From an uncultured Ectothiorhodospiraceae bacterium (GTDB lineage: Bacteria; Pseudomonadota; Gammaproteobacteria; UBA6429; Thiohalophilaceae), in the NCBI GenBank assembly GCA_947259425.1, contig CAMYMO010000217.1, positions 1 to 38,715 on the forward strand: 38,715 nucleotides of DNA. Direction: 5' to 3'. The notes under the pieces were generated by a model. That model did no database searches and had not been told where the DNA came from. It worked only from the letters and a program-made list of their open reading frames with translations. Below, piece after piece: positions 15,957-25,974 of the stretch. Both the position numbers and the translations under genes were made by a program. The stretch's first letter is position 1, and each line of letters starts with the position of its first letter.

Positions 15957-16577
15957 ATGGGCTTATATACCAATGTACTGTTTCCGATGGGGTATGACTT
16001 GATGATGAGTTCAGAAACCAAGGGGGAGGCCCGAGCTCGGCAGTTATCCCAGGTATCAGGTGATATATTAGAGATCGGTTTTGGTACCGGGCTGAACTTA
16101 CCGCATTATCCTCAGCATGTGCAAAAAATCACCACGGTAGACCCTAATCCAGGCATGAATAGCAAGGCCGAAAAACGTGCCAGACAATATCAGATTAAAG
16201 TAGATATTCATCCATTTAAAGGTGAGCAATTACCTTTTGCGGATAACAGTTTTGATAGTGTCGTAACCAGCTATACATTATGCAGTGTTGAAAATATTCG
16301 CCAAACCTTAACAGAGTTACGACGAGTACTTCGCCCAAGCGGACATTATTATTTTTTGGAACATGGGTTGAGTCACGAACACCACATCCAAAAATGGCAG
16401 TATCGACTCAACTCAATTCAAAAGATCGTATCAGCAGGTTGTCAGCTTAACCTGGACATTAAAATGTTGATCCGTGAGGCGGGGTTTCAAATAATTCAAC
16501 TGAATGAATTTTATATGAGTGATGATCCCAAAACGCATGGCTATATGTATCAGGGAATCGCTAAATGCGATGTATAA
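15957..16577 (+). CDS. Class I SAM-dependent methyltransferase
   Basis: AGGAGA at 15945-15950, ATG at 15957 (the track ORF starts at 15897). SAM motif I ILEIGFGTGLN, later FDSVVTSYTLCSV and LRPSGHYYFLEH. Confidence 0.85.
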   Translation: MGLYTNVLFPMGYDLMMSSETKGEARARQLSQVSGDILEIGFGTGLNLPHYPQHVQKITTVDPNPGMNSKAEKRARQYQIKVDIHPFKGEQLPFADNSFDSVVTSYTLCSVENIRQTLTELRRVLRPSGHYYFLEHGLSHEHHIQKWQYRLNSIQKIVSAGCQLNLDIKMLIREAGFQIIQLNEFYMSDDPKTHGYMYQGIAKCDV

Positions 16578-16622
16578 TGGTACTCATTGCCATTAAGCCA
16601 AGTATCTGAGTCAGCAAGATAA

Positions 16623-18017
16623 TTATGGCGCTTCTTGCTGGAGTTCATCTTTTGTTGTTTCACCAAGATAACTCTCATCAATCTCGACACGGTTGCGACC
16701 AAGGTGCTTGGCTTTATATAAATATTTGTCCGCTCGATCGATTAAGGATTGAATGGTTTCGCCCGGGCGGTGGATGACCAGCCCGGCTGAAAACGTCGGT
16801 AAGGGGATGGAATGATCAGCGTGTATATAGGCTGTGGAAGAAACTTTTGCCTGTATCTTATGAATGGCACGCAAGGCCCCTTCTTTATCTGTGTTGGGTA
16901 GCAATACCGCAAATTCCTCACCACCATAACGTGAGACCATATCGTAGCGGCGAAATATCGATAGAACGTCGCGAGAATATATCCGTAATATTTCATCGCC
17001 AATGGAATGGCCGTATGTGTCATTTACTTTTTTAAAAAAGTCCAGATCAATAGTGATTAAGGTTAACGGCGTTTTATCACGTTCCGAACGACCTATCTCA
17101 TCTTCTGTGCGACGTAAAAAGGCTCTTCGGTTGGGCAGGCCGGTGACATCATCGGTTAAACTGAGTACGCGTACCTGGTCAAGTTCTTCGCTGAGCTTTT
17201 GGCTGTTGCTGCCAACCATACTGAGATAGGCCTGGGTTTCATCCAGGATTAAGGCGAGGTCGATTTTGCTGCTTAACAGGCTGCGAATATTAATGATGAT
17301 TTTCCGCCGTTCCATTTCAATGGTTTCATCTTCGAACGTCAATGGCTCCAGTTCATGTAGTGTGTTTTCCAGTTGTTCACTAAACTCCTGATACTGGGTC
17401 GCGGAGGTATGAATTTTATCTGTTAATATGGATTCCAGGTGTTGAATTTCCTGATAGTGCTTATTCAATCGTTGGCGAAACAGTGAGTCCACTCGCATTT
17501 CAACCGAGGGGCTTGTCTCGACATCCTGTTCTGTTTCAGTTGCTTGCGGAAAATGGGGTTGTTGTATTTGTGCGGTCGACTCAAAATCTTCCATTCGTAA
17601 AACGGGTGGCTCATCACCCAGCAATGGTTTGAGTGCCTCTCGAATCAACTCTTCATCGGGCTCGATCAATTTCTCGGTTATATTGGTTATATTCTTTATA
17701 TACGCATGCAAAACGGCGAGTTCATTTAATGTAATAGGGGGCTGCAAACGCTTTTGGACCAGTTTTAGTTCGAGGTAAAGCAAGGAGTTTGTCGGCAGAT
17801 GTTTACGATAGCTTTCTAAAATGACATGCAAAATCGCCGCGTACCCATAGGCGATTTTATTTTGATTTGAAGTTAAATTTCTTAAGGCGAGCTGCACTTG
17901 TTGATAGATAACCTGACCCTGCGCCGTAGTTTTCAGCGCATCGATTATCGACAATATGCCACCACCCAACTCAGAATCTAAAATTGGATATTTTTCTTTA
18001 CCTGTCTTTGCATCCAT
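16623..18017 (-). CDS. Diguanylate cyclase (GGDEF domain, GGEEF active site) with long helical N-terminal region
   Basis: DDVTGLPNRRAF...DLDFFKKVNDTYGH..GD...RYGGEEFAVLLPNT...KAKHLGRNRV. Confidence 0.9.
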   Translation of the reverse strand: MDAKTGKEKYPILDSELGGGILSIIDALKTTAQGQVIYQQVQLALRNLTSNQNKIAYGYAAILHVILESYRKHLPTNSLLYLELKLVQKRLQPPITLNELAVLHAYIKNITNITEKLIEPDEELIREALKPLLGDEPPVLRMEDFESTAQIQQPHFPQATETEQDVETSPSVEMRVDSLFRQRLNKHYQEIQHLESILTDKIHTSATQYQEFSEQLENTLHELEPLTFEDETIEMERRKIIINIRSLLSSKIDLALILDETQAYLSMVGSNSQKLSEELDQVRVLSLTDDVTGLPNRRAFLRRTEDEIGRSERDKTPLTLITIDLDFFKKVNDTYGHSIGDEILRIYSRDVLSIFRRYDMVSRYGGEEFAVLLPNTDKEGALRAIHKIQAKVSSTAYIHADHSIPLPTFSAGLVIHRPGETIQSLIDRADKYLYKAKHLGRNRVEIDESYLGETTKDELQQEAP

Positions 18018-18524
18018 CCAGGTAACCTTTGTTTTTTATTCTAACTTTTTATAGGACCCCCATCCTATGAAACAAAATGGTTCGGAAGCGATGCTTAAAA
18101 TAAATATGGCCATCCAAACCTTGTATCCAGCTTCTATCGAGCTTTGAATATTATTATTTAATGATATATTTGACGATCCTACGCCAGTGATACATATATT
18201 TAAGAATTGTGCGGTATTGTAACTTAAAAACTATATTTAAACTGCCAGTTTAATTGATTCGAGTCAGTAAAAGCACGAACTAGTGAATGAGGGTAATCAT
18301 TCAGCTATTTTGAAATATTTCATTAAAACAATAGTTTATAGATATGTCTTGATAACTTGCAAAATTCATGTGTGATTTAGTTTTGTTAGATTTGGGTACG
18401 ATAATACCTCTTTCTCCAGCCAACAAAATCAAAAATACAGAATGATCGACTGATAAATTCTCGTATAACACGGATCCAGACTAATTTTCGCTAATAATTA
18501 GACCTTGCCAAAATACGATGCGAA

Positions 18525-19271
18525 TTAGGTAACGGTATATGTTTTTCGCATCTTTTCAAATACGTCCGGGCGCCAGGGGCGAAAGGCCAGAAAAAGGCTG
18601 TAACCGAATCTTTCTGTTAACGGTAAGGGACGATCTTGCTCATTGAGAATATGAAAATCCTGCACAAGCTGTTTGATGCGACGATTAAATTGATCGCAGG
18701 ATGATTTAGATAACATCCCTGATAGAAATTGGAATGTTTCTTCAACTTTATCGAAACGACTTTGTAAAAAATCCTCTTGCAGGTGTTCGGTAAAAAAACT
18801 TTGGATTGGACCATTGGGGCGCCAGGAGAATTTAGGTGAGATTCGCAATCGAATTCGATTGTTCGGTAACAGGTCAATCATTTTGATTCGGTCAAGCCGG
18901 GCAAGGTATTGAATTATTTCAGTTTCTGATAAGTCATACCAGGTGATGATATCTTCAAACTTCCAACCATTAATCACGACAAATGCAACTAACAACAACT
19001 TTATGTCAGCAGCCAGTTCAAGCTCTTGTTCTACGCTAAGTTGATTGAGCTGTTGATAATTTAACTCCATTTGTTTGACCAGATCGCTGATTTCTATTTC
19101 TAATAGCTGACAAATTTGATCCAGCCGTTGTAGTGAAAAATTCTGTTCAGCAAACAAACGTTTGATGCTGGCTTCACTGAGACCAAGCTTTTGACCGACA
19201 TCTCGATAGGTCAGGCCATGACTTTTGAGCATGGTTTTCAGGGTCGAGATGAGAGAGGTCGTTTGGCTCAT
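18525..19271 (-). CDS. XRE-family HTH transcriptional regulator with uncharacterised C-terminal domain
   Basis: N-terminus LKSHGLTYRDVGQKLGLSEASIKRLFAEQNFSLQRLDQICQLLEIEISDL is a Cro/C1-type HTH. It is divergent from the 19376 operon. Confidence 0.75.
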   Translation of the reverse strand: MSQTTSLISTLKTMLKSHGLTYRDVGQKLGLSEASIKRLFAEQNFSLQRLDQICQLLEIEISDLVKQMELNYQQLNQLSVEQELELAADIKLLLVAFVVINGWKFEDIITWYDLSETEIIQYLARLDRIKMIDLLPNNRIRLRISPKFSWRPNGPIQSFFTEHLQEDFLQSRFDKVEETFQFLSGMLSKSSCDQFNRRIKQLVQDFHILNEQDRPLPLTERFGYSLFLAFRPWRPDVFEKMRKTYTVT

Positions 19272-19375
19272 GGTGGTACACCGAGAAGTAGTGATAATTA
19301 ATACTTAATAGCCAAAATAGTGCAACTATTCAAGTAATGGTTGCATAAAATGCACCCATATACCACACTCATATC

Positions 19376-19837
19376 ATGGATGTCATCTCTACAGAGCTAT
19401 TTTATTCCCGCACTCAGCGCCAGCTTGGTGCCTGGATGATTTTGTTATTAGGGCTGTTTTCCGTTCGGGTTGTTGTCCAACTTCAGGTTCTATCAAACCC
19501 AATCACTTATTTACCGGAGTTTGAAGATTGGTACAGTGCTGTTATTCCCTACCAGCATTTGTTGATCAGCCAGGCGGTGATACTGGCGGGAGGCTGGGTT
19601 TATGTCTGGCGTTTGTTTAATACACGGGTTGTGCCTAATCCACGGTTAGGTAGGGCATTGTATTTTATCGGTTGGATCTATTGGTCTGTCATGTTTATCC
19701 GATTGATTTTGGGTTTTACCTTATTGTCTGATGTTCACTGGTTTGCCCAGGAATTACCCGCGCTGTTTCATTTACTGCTTGCCAACATATTGATGTTAGT
19801 GGGTCAGTATCATCGTGGAAATTGGCCTAGATCATGA
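19376..19837 (+). CDS. Hypothetical polytopic membrane protein (about 4 TM)
   Basis: Hydrophobic segments are visible in the translation. Its stop overlaps the next start (ATGA at 19834-19837). Confidence 0.6.
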   Translation: MDVISTELFYSRTQRQLGAWMILLLGLFSVRVVVQLQVLSNPITYLPEFEDWYSAVIPYQHLLISQAVILAGGWVYVWRLFNTRVVPNPRLGRALYFIGWIYWSVMFIRLILGFTLLSDVHWFAQELPALFHLLLANILMLVGQYHRGNWPRS

Positions 19838-22422
19838 CCAATGCCATTCAATCGAGTTTGCAATGGGTTATCTATCCATTGGTCATGCTGTCAGGTTTAA
19901 TCGGTTATTTGTTCTTACAGGCGAATTATTCGGGCGTGATCTGGATTGCTTATATTCCTGTGCTGGTTGCGACGATAGTTGTTACAGGATTGGAGATCCT
20001 GATTCCGCACAAGCGTGCCTGGTTGCCAAATCAATCGGATATTAAAACGGATACGGCTTACATGTTATTCGTACAAGTCGGCGTTCCGCTGATTCTTGGG
20101 ATTGGATTGGTGAGTATGATGCACGCGCCTATTTCGGAGTTTGGGAGTAAGACGTCCGGCTGGTGGCCTCATCATTGGCCGCTGCTGGCACAAGGCGGAG
20201 TGATGTTATTGGTCGCTGAATTTTTCAGTTATTGGTTACATCGTCTTGCGCATACGCTACCGGTATTGTGGCGTTTTCATGCGGTGCACCATTCATCTGA
20301 AAAACTCTATTGGTTAAACGTAGGACGGTTTCATCCTTTAGAGAAAATTCTTCAATATGTCGTGAGTACTTTTCCCTTTATGTTAATGGGTGTCAGTCAG
20401 GATGTATTGGGATTGTATTTTGTTTTTTATGGTATTAATGGATTTTTCCAGCATTCAAATATAAAAATCAAATACGGGGTATTAAATTATCTGGTTAGCA
20501 GTGCGACCTTACATCGCTGGCATCATTCTCCAAATATCGCCGAAGCAAATCATAATTATGGAAATAATTTAATCGTGTGGGATTTATTATTTGGGACCTG
20601 GTTTTTACCGCGCGATCGTCAAATCAATGAGGTTGGATCAGGTATGCAAAATTATCCGAAGTCATTTGCTCGACAATTGGTTAAACCCTTTGAAGGAATA
20701 GCTGCCAACATGAGGTCGAGGATTAGTTATTTTATTAGTATGTTGGTGATTAAAATAGTTGGGAATTATCTTATTTATAGATACTGGAAACCATTTATTA
20801 AAAAGTCAAAGAATCCGGAAATTTATCAACAAAATATTTTAAAAAAAATAATTCATAACAATGCCAGGACGCGGTTTGGACGACTGCATGGTTTTTCGCG
20901 AATTAAAACTGAAACTAAATTCAAGTTAGATGTACCGATTATGCAATACGAGGACATTGAGGCCTTCCTAACCGAGCAGGCGATAACGGCAAGCCCTGTT
21001 TTATACAATGACAAGCCATTATTTTATGCCAGGACGAGTGGTACAACGGGTCGTCCGAAGGATATACCGGTAACGAAAAACTCATTATCTGAATTAAAGC
21101 GACAGCAACGTTTATTGACCAGCTATCAATATCAGCTATGTCCTGAGGCCTTTTCAGGTAAAGCACTTGGTCTAGTCAGTCCTGCCATTGAAGGCTACCG
21201 GGACGATGACATCTCATACGGATCAGCATCAGGATATGTTTACAAAACCATGCCAGCTTTAATAAAAAATCGTTACGTTGTTCCCGCAGAGGTATTTGAC
21301 ATAACCGATTATGAGATGAAATATCGTGTGATATGTCGACTTGCCTTGGCGGAAGAAAATCTTACTTATTTAGGGACGGCGAATCCATCTACTTTTTTAC
21401 GTATACGCCAGTTATTAACAGATGAATGGGAAACATTGTTAACCAGCTTGAAAACAGGTGTATTGGAAGGCGTTGAGACATTACCTGAAGATTTACAGAC
21501 GTTATTGAACACAAAAATAAGACCGGAACTAGCCCGTTATGAAAAATTAAAAAAATTAAATTACTCCGAGTATCGAGAGTTCAAAGATATTTGGCCATCT
21601 ATTCGCATGCTTACTACCTGGACCGGAGGTAATTGCCAGGTTGCCTTAGAACGACTTAATAATTCATTGCCTAATGACGTTAAACTGATTGAGCTTGGAT
21701 ACGTTGCCAGTGAATTACGTAGTACGATAACGTGTGACCCAAAGACGAATGCGGGGATACCCGTTCTCGATCAGAATTATTACGAGTTTATTGAAAAGCA
21801 CGACTGGGATAATGGTCATCGGGAAACGCTGGGGATGTCTGAGCTTGAGTTAGGGAAACATTATTATATTATCGTGACAACGAATTATGGTTTATATCGA
21901 TATTTTATGAATGACCTTGTTGAAGTGTGTGGCGTATTCCAAAATACACCTTTAATTAAATTTATTCAAAAAGGCAATGGAGTGACTAATATCACCGGAG
22001 AAAAGGTATATGAAAACCAACTCAATGAAGCCATTCTCGACAGTTGCACTGAATTAGATTTACAGATCAATTTTCACATTACCCTGGCAAATGTCGTTCA
22101 AGCCCGGTATGAGGTCTATGTCGAACTCGAATCAAATGAAATGATCAATATATATGTGTTAGCACATGCCATTGATAAGAACTTGTCGAAATTAAATATC
22201 GAATATTCGGAAAAACGTAAAAGTGGTCGGTTGTTAGCACCGGCTATTTATAGCCTTAATCGGGGAACCGCTGAAGAATATAAGCAGTACCAGGTCAGTC
22301 GTGGGCAACGTGAGGGACAATATAAGCTTGTTACCCTGTTAGATAAAAGCCAGTTTAAGTTTCCTATTCAGGACTATCTTGCAAGAGTCGATGAAGAAGA
22401 CGCACGCCATGCTTCAAATTAA
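19834..22422 (+). CDS. Fusion protein: N-terminal fatty-acid hydroxylase/sterol desaturase-family membrane domain + C-terminal GH3-family acyl-acid amido synthetase (adenylating) domain
   Basis: His boxes HRLAH, HAVHH and HRWHH lie within a polytopic N-terminal ~270 aa. The C-terminal ~580 aa carry the P-loop-like YARTSGTTGRPKDIPVT and GH3-like length and layout. Confidence 0.8.
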   Translation: MTNAIQSSLQWVIYPLVMLSGLIGYLFLQANYSGVIWIAYIPVLVATIVVTGLEILIPHKRAWLPNQSDIKTDTAYMLFVQVGVPLILGIGLVSMMHAPISEFGSKTSGWWPHHWPLLAQGGVMLLVAEFFSYWLHRLAHTLPVLWRFHAVHHSSEKLYWLNVGRFHPLEKILQYVVSTFPFMLMGVSQDVLGLYFVFYGINGFFQHSNIKIKYGVLNYLVSSATLHRWHHSPNIAEANHNYGNNLIVWDLLFGTWFLPRDRQINEVGSGMQNYPKSFARQLVKPFEGIAANMRSRISYFISMLVIKIVGNYLIYRYWKPFIKKSKNPEIYQQNILKKIIHNNARTRFGRLHGFSRIKTETKFKLDVPIMQYEDIEAFLTEQAITASPVLYNDKPLFYARTSGTTGRPKDIPVTKNSLSELKRQQRLLTSYQYQLCPEAFSGKALGLVSPAIEGYRDDDISYGSASGYVYKTMPALIKNRYVVPAEVFDITDYEMKYRVICRLALAEENLTYLGTANPSTFLRIRQLLTDEWETLLTSLKTGVLEGVETLPEDLQTLLNTKIRPELARYEKLKKLNYSEYREFKDIWPSIRMLTTWTGGNCQVALERLNNSLPNDVKLIELGYVASELRSTITCDPKTNAGIPVLDQNYYEFIEKHDWDNGHRETLGMSELELGKHYYIIVTTNYGLYRYFMNDLVEVCGVFQNTPLIKFIQKGNGVTNITGEKVYENQLNEAILDSCTELDLQINFHITLANVVQARYEVYVELESNEMINIYVLAHAIDKNLSKLNIEYSEKRKSGRLLAPAIYSLNRGTAEEYKQYQVSRGQREGQYKLVTLLDKSQFKFPIQDYLARVDEEDARHASN

Positions 22423-23509
22423 AGATATAGAGTTTAAAGAGCTTAATATACCGTTTAATACGGCTTTTACTCATGCATCGGCATCTCGTCATTCAACCCA
22501 GACTATTTGGGTGAAAATTACAACAACTTGTGGTTTAACGGGATATGGCGAGGGATGTCCTCGTGAATACGTAACCGGTGAGTCACTTGAGTCGGCGCTG
22601 AGATTTATTGCCGACCAGAAAAAGGTTGTACTGGAGGACATACATGACTTGTCAACACTAACTGATTGGGTTAATGAAAATGAAAAATTAATCGACTCTA
22701 ATCCGGCTGCCTGGTGTGCAATTGAGTTAGCGCTGTTAGATATCATCGCACAAAATGAATATTGTAGTATCGAGAACTTATTGGATGTGCCGATTATTCG
22801 AGAAAGTTTTACATATACTGCTGTACTGGGTAATAACAAATTTTCAGCTTTTAAGCGCCAAGCCCTTCAGTATAAAAAGTTAGGGTTTCTGGACTTCAAA
22901 ATAAAATTATCGGGCAATTTGAAAGAAGATACAGAAAAACTGGACTTTTTATCAAAGTCACACAGTGCTGTTAGAATTCGTGTTGATGCCAATAATTTAT
23001 GGAAAAATAAAGACGAGGTAGTCGAGTATGTGTGTGAACTCAACAGCCCTATTTTTGCGATAGAAGAACCGATTGATCCTGAACAGTATGAAGATCTACA
23101 GGCAATATCGCGATCGCTGGCTATACCGATCATATTGGATGAAAGTTTACGAAGGAGATCACAGTTAGACTATGTTAAAAAAAATCCGTCGAACTGGATA
23201 TTAAATGTCCGAGTTTCAAAAATGGGCGGGCTGATACGATCCCTAAAGGTAATACAGGAAGCGCGCAAACATCGTCTTCCATTAATAGTTGGTGCTCATG
23301 TTGGCGAAACCAGCTTGTTAACCAGAGCAGGTTTCGTTATTGCCCAGGCAGCACATGATTCACTATTGGCACATGAAGGTGGGTTCGGTCGCTACCTGTT
23401 GAAAGAGGATGTATGTGATGAGTCTCTTATGTTTGGTCGTAATGGAAAAATTCAATATTCACTCGATAAATTGTCCAGTCCTGGATTTGGATTAGCCATC
23501 AATAGTTAG
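22409..23509 (+). CDS. Enolase-superfamily enzyme, muconate-lactonizing-enzyme subgroup (dipeptide epimerase / N-acyl-amino-acid racemase-like)
   Basis: I prefer ATG 22409 (MLQIKDIEFKELNIPF...), which overlaps the upstream stop by 14 nt. The track starts at TTG 22379. KxK motif FKIKL, metal ligands in RVDANN / IEEP / ILDES, and a second catalytic Lys in NVRVSKMGG. Confidence 0.8.
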   Translation: MLQIKDIEFKELNIPFNTAFTHASASRHSTQTIWVKITTTCGLTGYGEGCPREYVTGESLESALRFIADQKKVVLEDIHDLSTLTDWVNENEKLIDSNPAAWCAIELALLDIIAQNEYCSIENLLDVPIIRESFTYTAVLGNNKFSAFKRQALQYKKLGFLDFKIKLSGNLKEDTEKLDFLSKSHSAVRIRVDANNLWKNKDEVVEYVCELNSPIFAIEEPIDPEQYEDLQAISRSLAIPIILDESLRRRSQLDYVKKNPSNWILNVRVSKMGGLIRSLKVIQEARKHRLPLIVGAHVGETSLLTRAGFVIAQAAHDSLLAHEGGFGRYLLKEDVCDESLMFGRNGKIQYSLDKLSSPGFGLAINS

Positions 23510-23596
23510 GCGCAGGTTCTGTGAAGGTTGAGTGTGTGAGAAAATCATATATTTTTACGACACTTATGAAAAAAATTGATGTGGTAACGAAGTAAC

Positions 23597-23627
23597 AAAA
23601 AGGCCAGCGTTTGCTGGCCTTTTTTAT
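23597..23627. terminator. Bidirectional Rho-independent terminator
   Basis: AAAAAGGCCAGC / GTTT / GCTGGCCTTTTTT. The 8-bp GC-rich stem is at 23601-23608 / 23613-23620, flanked by A- and T-runs. It lies between convergent genes. Confidence 0.8.
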
Positions 23628-23739
23628 GTTGGGTAGGTCTGGGTCAGGTAGTCAATCCATCTTTGTTTCAGAAAGCCTTATCAATTTACAGCCGTTATAT
23701 TCATTTATCTTAACTAAAACTTAGATATTATAATCAAGA

Positions 23740-24141
23740 TTAATTAGCTGTTTTTTTCACAAACGGAAAGATATCGGTATAACCCATAATATCAGTAAAC
23801 AATAAAACCAAAAAAACAATCAATGCGACTTCGAGTAATCCAGCGCCAGCGGGTAGCTCATCCATCTGTTCATTCATTAACCGAACTTCGTCCGCCGTCA
23901 TTGACATAACGCGTTGTTTGGCCAGTTCGGGGTCGACGCCACTATCGGTTAATGCGGTTCTGACTTCCTCGCGATCGAGAGTTTGTAATAGTTTGTCACG
24001 GTCGATTTGATGTTGTCCTTGAGTGACCAGATCAGCACTGGTGACAATACCGGCATTGACGGACGATAAAGCGCAGATATACAACATTGTTACGATGAGT
24101 AATTTTGGTATTAATCGATTTTTAGCGAGCTGAGCAAACAT
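23740..24141 (-). CDS. PA2779-family-like small secreted/membrane-anchored protein
   Basis: GGAGG RBS then ATG at 24141 (the track starts at TTG 24153). N-terminal signal, central 'EVRTALTDSGVDPELAKQRVMSMTADEVRLMNEQMDELPAG', and a C-terminal TM ending TDIFPFV. This resembles my memory of the Pseudomonas PA2779 family. Confidence 0.5.
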   Translation of the reverse strand: MFAQLAKNRLIPKLLIVTMLYICALSSVNAGIVTSADLVTQGQHQIDRDKLLQTLDREEVRTALTDSGVDPELAKQRVMSMTADEVRLMNEQMDELPAGAGLLEVALIVFLVLLFTDIMGYTDIFPFVKKTAN

Positions 24142-24509
24142 AATTACCTCCAAATTAGAATTTTTATGTATAAATAGTATGCAGTCATATCAGCTGATTA
24201 GGTATTTGATGATATTTTACCATGAATCCACTAGCTAGTTCGCAAAGAGCATGCCCAACTGACGAAAGCACAGACTTATGACGTCACAGATAGCCAATTA
24301 GGCTCGTGACACGGTATCTTGTGATGCAGTTCACACTTTTTAAGGGATTCAGCCCCGAACGCGTCGTTTTCGGGGCGAGGAATCTGCTTTCAGGTTCTGA
24401 TCTTGAATATAATACGAACCATGAAAAATGCTAATCGTCAGTGAGTACAGCACAAGTGATATCAGTTTTAATAAGGAATACAACCAACAAGGTAACTGGT
24501 TTTAACCAG

Positions 24510-25862
24510 ATGGTATTTCGCCTGTTGAGAAAACCTCGGGTATTACTCTATTGGCTGCTAAAGGCGCATTGGGCCCAACTTGTTTTACTGGCCGTCTTGT
24601 TTTTCTTCCCTGTTATGATGCCCAAATATGTTGATAGTACTCTGGAGAAATTCTATAAACCTGTTTCTGAAAAAATACTATTCGGCCTGATTGAAAGAGA
24701 ACGACCCCATCCTCGTCTGGCCGAACGGCAACAACAATTTAAGCTGTTTGTCTGGAGTGCGGGGATTGGAATCATGCTTTTGCTGTTATGGGTAGATGTT
24801 CCTAAAGCGTTAAAACGTGCAGAACGCCGGGCACGGGAATATGAAAGCAAGGCCGATAAAAGTCTGGCAACCCAGCCTTCACGCAGTATTTTATTTTATC
24901 GATCGGCCATCGCAATGGCTTCAGATCCTGATTATGAGCAGCAGATAGTTTCGAAACTAAACAAATTAGACAAACAACTTTCTCAGGTTGCGTATGGTGA
25001 CCAATTCAACAGTCATCCCAACCAAACCGTCGTTTTATCTGAACAACAACATCAAAATGAGCAACAAGCCTTAATTTCGGGTGAACGCTATAAAATTGAA
25101 AGCGAACTTGGTCGTGGTGCGATGGGTACAGTCTATTCTGCTTATGACGATATACTTGAGCGTCGTGTGGCAATCAAAGAACTGGCTATTCACTTAGCGG
25201 ATAATGAGCAATTAAGAGGTCGGTTTCAACAAGAAGCCAAAGCGCTAGCAAGATTGGCTCATCCGCATATAGTACAGGTGTATGATTTTATTGTTGAGAG
25301 AGATCGCACCTGTATCGTGATGGAATATGTTGATAGTTTAAGTCTTGAAGAATATCTAAAAATAAATACTAACTTATCTATCGAGCAAACGATAACACTC
25401 GGCAATAAGCTGGCAAATGCTATGGCTTATGCGCATGAACGTGGTGTGATTCATCGTGATTTCAAACCAGCAAACGTACTTTTAACTAAATCGTTTACAC
25501 CAAAAATTACAGATTTTGGTCTGGCTAAAATAACCGAGTCAAGTATTGATACCCAAACCGGGACGATAATGGGGTCACCTGCCTTTATGAGCCCAGAACA
25601 GGCGCTGGGTGATCCCACGGATGAACGCTCGGATATATACTCATTGGGTATTACCCTTTATAAGATGACAACAGGAAAATTACCCTTTGAAGGTGATACT
25701 GCAGATGTTATGGCCAAGCAAATCAATTGTGCACCTACATTACCGCGAGAAATTAATAACGATATTCCTCAGAATATTAATAATCTCATTATGAATATGT
25801 TGGCCAAAAAGCCAGAAAATCGGATTCAGTCAATGGTGAAGGTGTCCCGACTGCTCAGTTAA
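24510..25862 (+). CDS. Hanks-type serine/threonine protein kinase with N-terminal transmembrane region
   Basis: LGRGAMGTVY, VAIKEL, HRDFKPANVLL, DFGLAK and SPAFMSPEQ. The start is uncertain (GTG 24441 per the track, or ATG 24510). Neither has a good SD. Confidence 0.85.
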   Translation: MVFRLLRKPRVLLYWLLKAHWAQLVLLAVLFFFPVMMPKYVDSTLEKFYKPVSEKILFGLIERERPHPRLAERQQQFKLFVWSAGIGIMLLLLWVDVPKALKRAERRAREYESKADKSLATQPSRSILFYRSAIAMASDPDYEQQIVSKLNKLDKQLSQVAYGDQFNSHPNQTVVLSEQQHQNEQQALISGERYKIESELGRGAMGTVYSAYDDILERRVAIKELAIHLADNEQLRGRFQQEAKALARLAHPHIVQVYDFIVERDRTCIVMEYVDSLSLEEYLKINTNLSIEQTITLGNKLANAMAYAHERGVIHRDFKPANVLLTKSFTPKITDFGLAKITESSIDTQTGTIMGSPAFMSPEQALGDPTDERSDIYSLGITLYKMTTGKLPFEGDTADVMAKQINCAPTLPREINNDIPQNINNLIMNMLAKKPENRIQSMVKVSRLLS

Positions 25863-25974
25863 GCAAGTCAATCAGGAAAAGCAATTTTAAAAAGAAACGG
25901 TTCCAAGCCCTGGTTAAATACAAAATAACACTCAGGTGAGTCTCAGTATTTAATAGGCGCTATACGTTCCTTTG

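Noticed and set aside
18018-18524. 507-bp ORF-free AT-rich region with a small palindrome (TGAATGA-N6-TCATTCA at about 18284-18303), considered as an sRNA or mobile-element scar.
   Set aside because: There are no terminator-like 3' ends, repeats or conserved motifs that I can see. It is most simply the promoter/leader region of the diguanylate cyclase gene.
19815-20045. 76-aa ORF overlapping the start of the hydroxylase::GH3 gene.
   Set aside because: It is an out-of-frame overlap with a long CDS that has His-box and GH3 motifs. It has no independent support.
24352-24376. GC-rich hairpin GCCCCGAA-N9-TTCGGGGC, considered as a terminator or REP element.
   Set aside because: No U-tract on either strand, and no second copy in the window. 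It lies in a divergent promoter region, so it is noted only within a finding.
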